This document shows positions 58,491 to 64,000 of a stretch of 64,000 nucleotides of DNA, piece after piece. Origin of the DNA: Pristiophorus japonicus (taxonomy: Eukaryota); contig NC_091979.1 in assembly GCF_044704955.1 (NCBI RefSeq), positions 317,068,001 to 317,132,000 on the forward strand. The letters run 5' to 3'. Numbering within the stretch: position 1 is the stretch's first letter; each line of letters begins with the position of its first letter. Position numbers and translations under genes: made by a program. Below the pieces are notes generated by a model that made no database searches, had not been told where the DNA came from, and saw nothing but the letters and a program-made list of their open reading frames with translations.

Positions 58491-59571
58491 TGTCACGAAT
58501 GTGTAAAACGGATAAGAATATTATGTTTAAATCGTTGTTTTGAACTGCAGACGGAATATCTATTCGAATCAGAGAAATGCTTAGAAATGGAGGGTATAGT
58601 TTTTTGTACTATTTACAATCTCCCTGATGCTAGGCAATTTAAATACTTGTTGATGTATTTTATGTATAATGCAACGGGTAGGGTTTAAAGTTACCTGAAC
58701 AAAACTGCTGGCGTAGATAATGAAAGGAAGTTTGTAGAGTTACGGTAAACATGTTGCTATGTCGTAAAAGAGGTAACACTCTGGGGTGAGCAGTTTTCTG
58801 GTTTTGCTTCTGTAGAAAAAAAATGAAGTAGAGGGAACCTAATTAATCAAAGGGGACCTAATTAAGTAACGTTAACAACCAAAAACAAAGGCTGTCAGAA
58901 ACAAAAGAAATACGTGCTCCGAAACACAGGGAAAATGTTAAAACTCCAACTCTTCGGAAGATAAATCACCTTATCACAGTATAACCCAGACAGTTGGGCC
59001 AAGGTTAGGTCACATGAGGTGATAAATGATTACGGGAAACAAAGGCGGATTGAGAAAAATCTCAACTGGTTGAGAGCAGATCAGCCAAGAGGTGCAGACC
59101 TGAGAATGATGTAGCACGTAACTTATCAGATAAAAGGCGCACAGGGGAGGTAACGAAGCTTGCTGTCAATATAATTGTATTAACTAATTAATATTTGCAA
59201 TCATAAAGTTAGGCGAAACTTTGTGATGCGGCAGGGAAACAACAAATGGAAAGCTTCCACACGGAACTTCATAATTTTGTATGTATTTTGACTGTTACTA
59301 TAAAAATAGTAACCTGACGCTTGTTCGAGGAGAACAGTTAGTTTGGATCACCGAGTTACTGAACTCGTGCAGAAGCTGTCTTTCTCTCGATCGAGTACTT
59401 AATAAACAAATCTTTTCTCCAAAACAGACTTGTGTTGAGCATCTTTGTAATACTCCACATCAGCTTCATAGTTCAAAGAGTAGAGGAATAAGGCTGTGTA
59501 GTGATTGTTCCTGGGAGAATAGAGACAGAGAGGTATCAAAGGAATTCCACAGAAAAGCTACTTCGATAAGA
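58491..59571 (+). mobile_element. Putative 5' LTR (about 1.08 kb) of a retrovirus-like element
   Basis: Starts TGTCACGAA, TATAAAA at about 59299, AATAAA at 59401, imperfect inverted end TTCGATAAGA. Followed by gag. Confidence 0.65.
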
Positions 59572-62500
59572 TATAAATAGTGAAATGTGACCAAAATTGT
59601 AAGACATCTTTAAGGCGGGTTGTTGAAACAAGAATTGAGACAAAGAACTAGAAAGCTTATTGGATAGTAAGTTTTTAGGGGCACCTCGAAAGGTCAAACG
59701 GTCTTGTCAATATCCAGGGTCAGGCCCACTCCTAAAAATAGAATAAAAGTAGCTTCCTGAAGAATGATGGTATAGATGGTGTGAGGGAAGGGCGAAACAG
59801 AAATTTAGCTGATTGAACACTTTTCGAGAAAGATCCCATGCTTTACCGAAGGAAGATCTAGACGAGAGAAAGAGACTGCAAGCCAGAGTACTGCTCACTT
59901 GTATCAGCCTTTTGTCCGATCGGAATCGGTATCAACTACCTGTTACGGTTGTATGTTTTTGCTCTATAACTAATATGTTATATTCTGTCTTAAACTCTGA
60001 TTAAATATAATGTATCCACCAGATTGGTTTTACCGTTGATCCTGATTATTAAAGGGACCAGAGATAGCCTTAAACTTGGCTATTTCCAACCAATTGGCTT
60101 CGGGGGCAGGACTGTAAAAAGGTTATTGTGGAGAAACGAGTTGGAGACAGACTTGCTCTAAAATGTCATAAAGGGTATCAGGTGGAACGACTGGGTAGGA
60201 AACCCCGTATGGGGGTGTGCTTCGTCACGGAAACCAAAAAACAAATCACGGATGCTCATTGTAGACATAAACTCATGAGCAGTCTCTCCGAGAAATTCGG
60301 GGTCCAGAGGGCCAAAGAGGTTATTAGAGTGGTCCAAGAGGAGGGGTGTAGTTACTCCAAGCACTGGGATGGGATAGCGTCCCAAGTGAATGAGAAGAAG
60401 ATTAAGCTTAAAGAAGCTAGTCATATACAGCCCAATATGGCCCACTTGTGTGCCGTCCGCTCGAAAGAACTCGAGCGCTTAGAACAAAATACTTCACTTG
60501 AAAAAAAATGACAGGACTGGCAGGATCGATATGCTAATGTCTGTTCTTTCCTTCGACATGAGGAGAGGAAGCCCGACTGGCTTCACAACGTCATCAGCAG
60601 GCCTTTGAGCAAAACCAGTCTTTAAAATCCAAGGTTAAACTCTTGTCCTCACAACTGAGGAACTCAAGAGGAGTTCTCAGAGAGTATCTTGTAAGCCCCC
60701 CTCCGGTGGGCATTGGTCACTCCCAGTGTGAATTAAAAATACTAGAATTGCAGGGGAAACTGGGAAAGCAATCAGCTGTTGTGGCAGCCATCACTCGCTC
60801 TAAACTGGGAGACCCCAATGTTAACCCGGAAGGCCTGACTAAACAGAAATAATCCCACAAAGATTCTTATTGTCAGGACAGCCCCCGACCCTCACGCCCC
60901 CTCCCCCTTATCCAGGAGGGAACACCCCGGCAGAGACAAAGAAGGTTAATCTGATCACTACCACTATTACAACAGCCCAGGCAGATAATGAAGATGAGTT
61001 TGACACTAATTCTGAGGTCTCCGGGACATATGACCAACCCCCGAGAGAAAGCGTCACCACTACTAGCAGAAGTCTGAAACCGGATGAATTAAAGGCACTC
61101 GTAGAATCGATGGGACCCGTCATCTTGGGGATGAATCCGATCACCCTGACCCGTAACTGGGGCAGGTTCCGCCGTAGCCATCCTGAATTAGAGACGGCAG
61201 ATTTAAAATAGGTTTTGTTGTGATGTGTCTCCGAGGACCTTTGGGATGTGCTCCCCCAGGATGTGTATGATTCAGACAGAGATTGGTGGTATGTGTCCGT
61301 CCGACTGGGTATGGATTCAATTGACTTTACCCAGCTGATGGGATGCGCTCACCAGATGAGCGCCCTATTTCCTTTCGTTCTCGGTTATATGGCTAATACG
61401 AAAAGGCCCAATGATATCAAGATGCAAATGAAGCTAAGAAATTCAAACTGAAGTTTCTGAACGGTTTTTTGCCTGGGATAAGAGATGCTCTGGGAATAGC
61501 AGTTCATAAACGGACCCCGTGGGTGGACTTGATGGGAGTCTGTATTCAAGCCTGGACCGAGCAAGTCCCTTCGACCTCAACCTCGGGTTTCAGCGGTGGA
61601 GGGTCCCCTAAACCCAGATCCCCAACCACCACAGGGCTCTCCCAATGAGAGGGACAGACGCGATGTGACTTGCTTTCACTGTAAAAAAAACCGGTCACAT
61701 TTCTCGAGAATGTCGAGGTAGTCGACGCTCAAATTATGGGCCGCGTTACCATTCTCCAGGTCAAGACGATAGCAGACTGGATTCAAGACAGATGCTACAG
61801 AAACTGGAGTGCTTGTCGGCAATGGTAGAGACCATGCAACACAATCAAATGGGGGGCAAACTGTGGCAGCTGTCTCCCGTAGTGGGGGTACATGGCCAGA
61901 ACTATCCACCCCTTCCCAAACACTGTGACGGTCACCAACCTCACCAGTGACCAACTCCTCCTCCTCTCCCATTTGGTATCAGGAGGATGCGAGACCCTTC
62001 AGACCAACTATTGATCATGAAGGCCGCCACCATGTCATGCTCATGGACTCCGGCTCTGCCATGACTATTTTACACGACCCTGCCCCATTCAGGTCTTGCT
62101 CTGAATCTTTCTGGTTTTAATGCTGCTACGCGGGTGGCTAATCAGGGGTTAATTCCTATTGTTCTATCTATCAATGGGGATTCCGTTAATGTTCGCTCTG
62201 CCGTTTATCTGACTACTTATGACCAGAAAGGAATTCTCGGGAGTGACACATTACGTACACACCACGCTGTTCTCGACTATTGTTTATGGTGGCACTTTAG
62301 TGAGGGACCACCGAGGCCTGTTCGGATGCCCATTTGGTATATACGATTAAAAAACCCGAGAACTTCACCCTTCTCTGGACTGAAGACCCCGGGGTTGATT
62401 TGCTGAGTGTAAATTTTCAGATGTTTTTGCTAAATCCAGACACGATTGTGGTAGAATGTCAGGGGAGGAGAAGATTATTGGGCCCTCCCACCCTCCTGTT

Positions 62501-64000
62501 AAGCAGTATGCCATTCCAGCTGAGAGGAAACCTTATGTTGGGTCTACTATTGGGTCGTTATTCACACTGGCACTTTTACTACTAATTCTCCAACTTGGCC
62601 AGTTAGGAAACTAGACGATAGTTGCCGTTTAACAATTGATTATCGCAAGCTTAATTCGGTTACTCCAGCTTGTGCCCCTGTTGATCGGGAGACCACATTC
62701 TCCTGTCCCAAATTCCCCCGGGTCGCTGCTACGTCTCCACCTTTGATATTTCAACCAGGTTCTGGAGTATCCCTGTCAAGGGAAGGGATCAGAACAAGTT
62801 TGCTTTCACCTTTGAAGATCAAAGGAACATGAAGGACATGTTTGCCTCAAGGCTTTCACAACGCCCCGACTATATTCCACAAACGGATGGCTCAGGTACT
62901 TAAACCCTTTTTTGAGACCTGACTGTCTGCTGCAGTATGTTGATGACCTTTTGCTTGCAACATCTGATAAACAAACTCATATTGAAACATAGAAACATCG
63001 AAAATAGATGCAGGAGCAGGCCATTCGGCCCTTCGAGCCTGCACCGCCGTTCAATAAGATCATGGCTGATCATGTAACTTCAGTACCCCACTCCTGCCTT
63101 CTCTCCATACCCCCTGATCCCTTTAGTCGTAAGGGACACATCTAACTCCCTTTTGAATATATTCAACGAACTGGACTCAACAACTTTCTGTGGTAGAGAA
63201 TTCCACAGGTTCACAATTCTCTGGGTGAAAAAGTTTCTCCTCATCTCGGTATTAGATGGCTTACCCCTTATCCTTAGACTGTGACCCCTGGTTCTGGACT
63301 TCCCCAACATCGGGAACATTCTTCCTGTATCTAACCTGTCCAATCCCGTCAGACTTTTATATGCTTCTATGAGATCTCCTCTCATTCTTCTAAATTCCAG
63401 TGAATATAAGCCTAGTCGATCCAGTCTTTCTTCATGGAAGAGTTATTAGACCTTCTTCCGAAAGCTGGGTTGAACATTAATCCCAAAAAGGCACAATTGT
63501 TGCTGCCTGAAGTGATATTTTTAGGGGTTATTGTGGGGCCAAAGGGACTCAGTCCCGATCAGGATAAGATTGCTATGCTTTAGGTACCATTGCCCGTATC
63601 CAAAACAGCACTTCTCTCCTTTCTGGGTCTGGTGGGATATCAGCGCTCATTCATTCCCAGATTTGCAGAGCTGGCCAAACCCTTATATGAACTATTAAAG
63701 GGTGAAGAGGACACTGTGGCCTGTGACTGGATCATCGAACATACAACAGCGGTGTCCCTCCTTAAAATTGCCGATATGCAAGTCACATGCCTGATTAGCC
63801 TGACCGAGTTCAGCCTTTCCACCTGGAGATGGGATCCACCGATCAGAGTCTTGGTGCCATTTTGTGTCAAGAGGTACAGAGTAAACTTATGCCAATTGTG
63901 TAGGCCTCTCATATTTTGACTGGCGTGGAGAAGAATTTTACTGTGTGTGAGTGACATCTGCTGGCCACTTTTTGGGCAGTCAAACAATTCTTGTTTATTA
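59572..64000 (+). mobile_element. Decayed endogenous retrovirus-like element (gag-CCHC, protease, RT, RNase H/tether), running off the window
   Basis: CFHCKK.GHISREC (about 61670), LMDSGS (about 62040), NSPTWPVRK..RLTIDYRKLN, LPQGFHNAPTIFH, QYVDDLL (about 62933), FLGLVGYQRSFIP.F, LLATFWAV. Confidence 0.85.
62984..63435 (-). mobile_element. 5'-truncated CR1 inserted in the proviral RT
   Basis: (GAAACATA)n tail and MRGDLIE..SRTRGHSLRIRG. Confidence 0.93.

Overview
This is vertebrate genomic DNA, almost certainly from a cartilaginous fish (inferred from a shark UAA-type MHC class I protein and CR1 LINEs with (ATAGAAAC)n/(ATAAGAAC)n tails). Most of the window is decayed and deeply nested transposable elements: CR1 and L2 LINEs, Harbinger, hAT and Tc1/mariner DNA transposons, Gypsy LTR elements, a Penelope-like remnant and a retrovirus-like provirus. 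It also holds several minisatellites and a 213-N gap. Two host immune genes are recognisable. One is an IFIT pseudogene (minus, 47369-52402) split by three CR1 insertions. The other, oriented divergently from it, is an intact and completely intronless classical-type MHC class I heavy-chain ORF (55455-56522). That gene ends in a CR1 3' terminus rather than poly(A), lies downstream of a correctly spaced MHC X-X2-Y promoter module, and is bracketed by two arrays of the same G-rich 30-bp repeat. This cassette is the best candidate here for an undescribed system. All alignments were done by eye, so element ends without TIR/TSD support are approximate.
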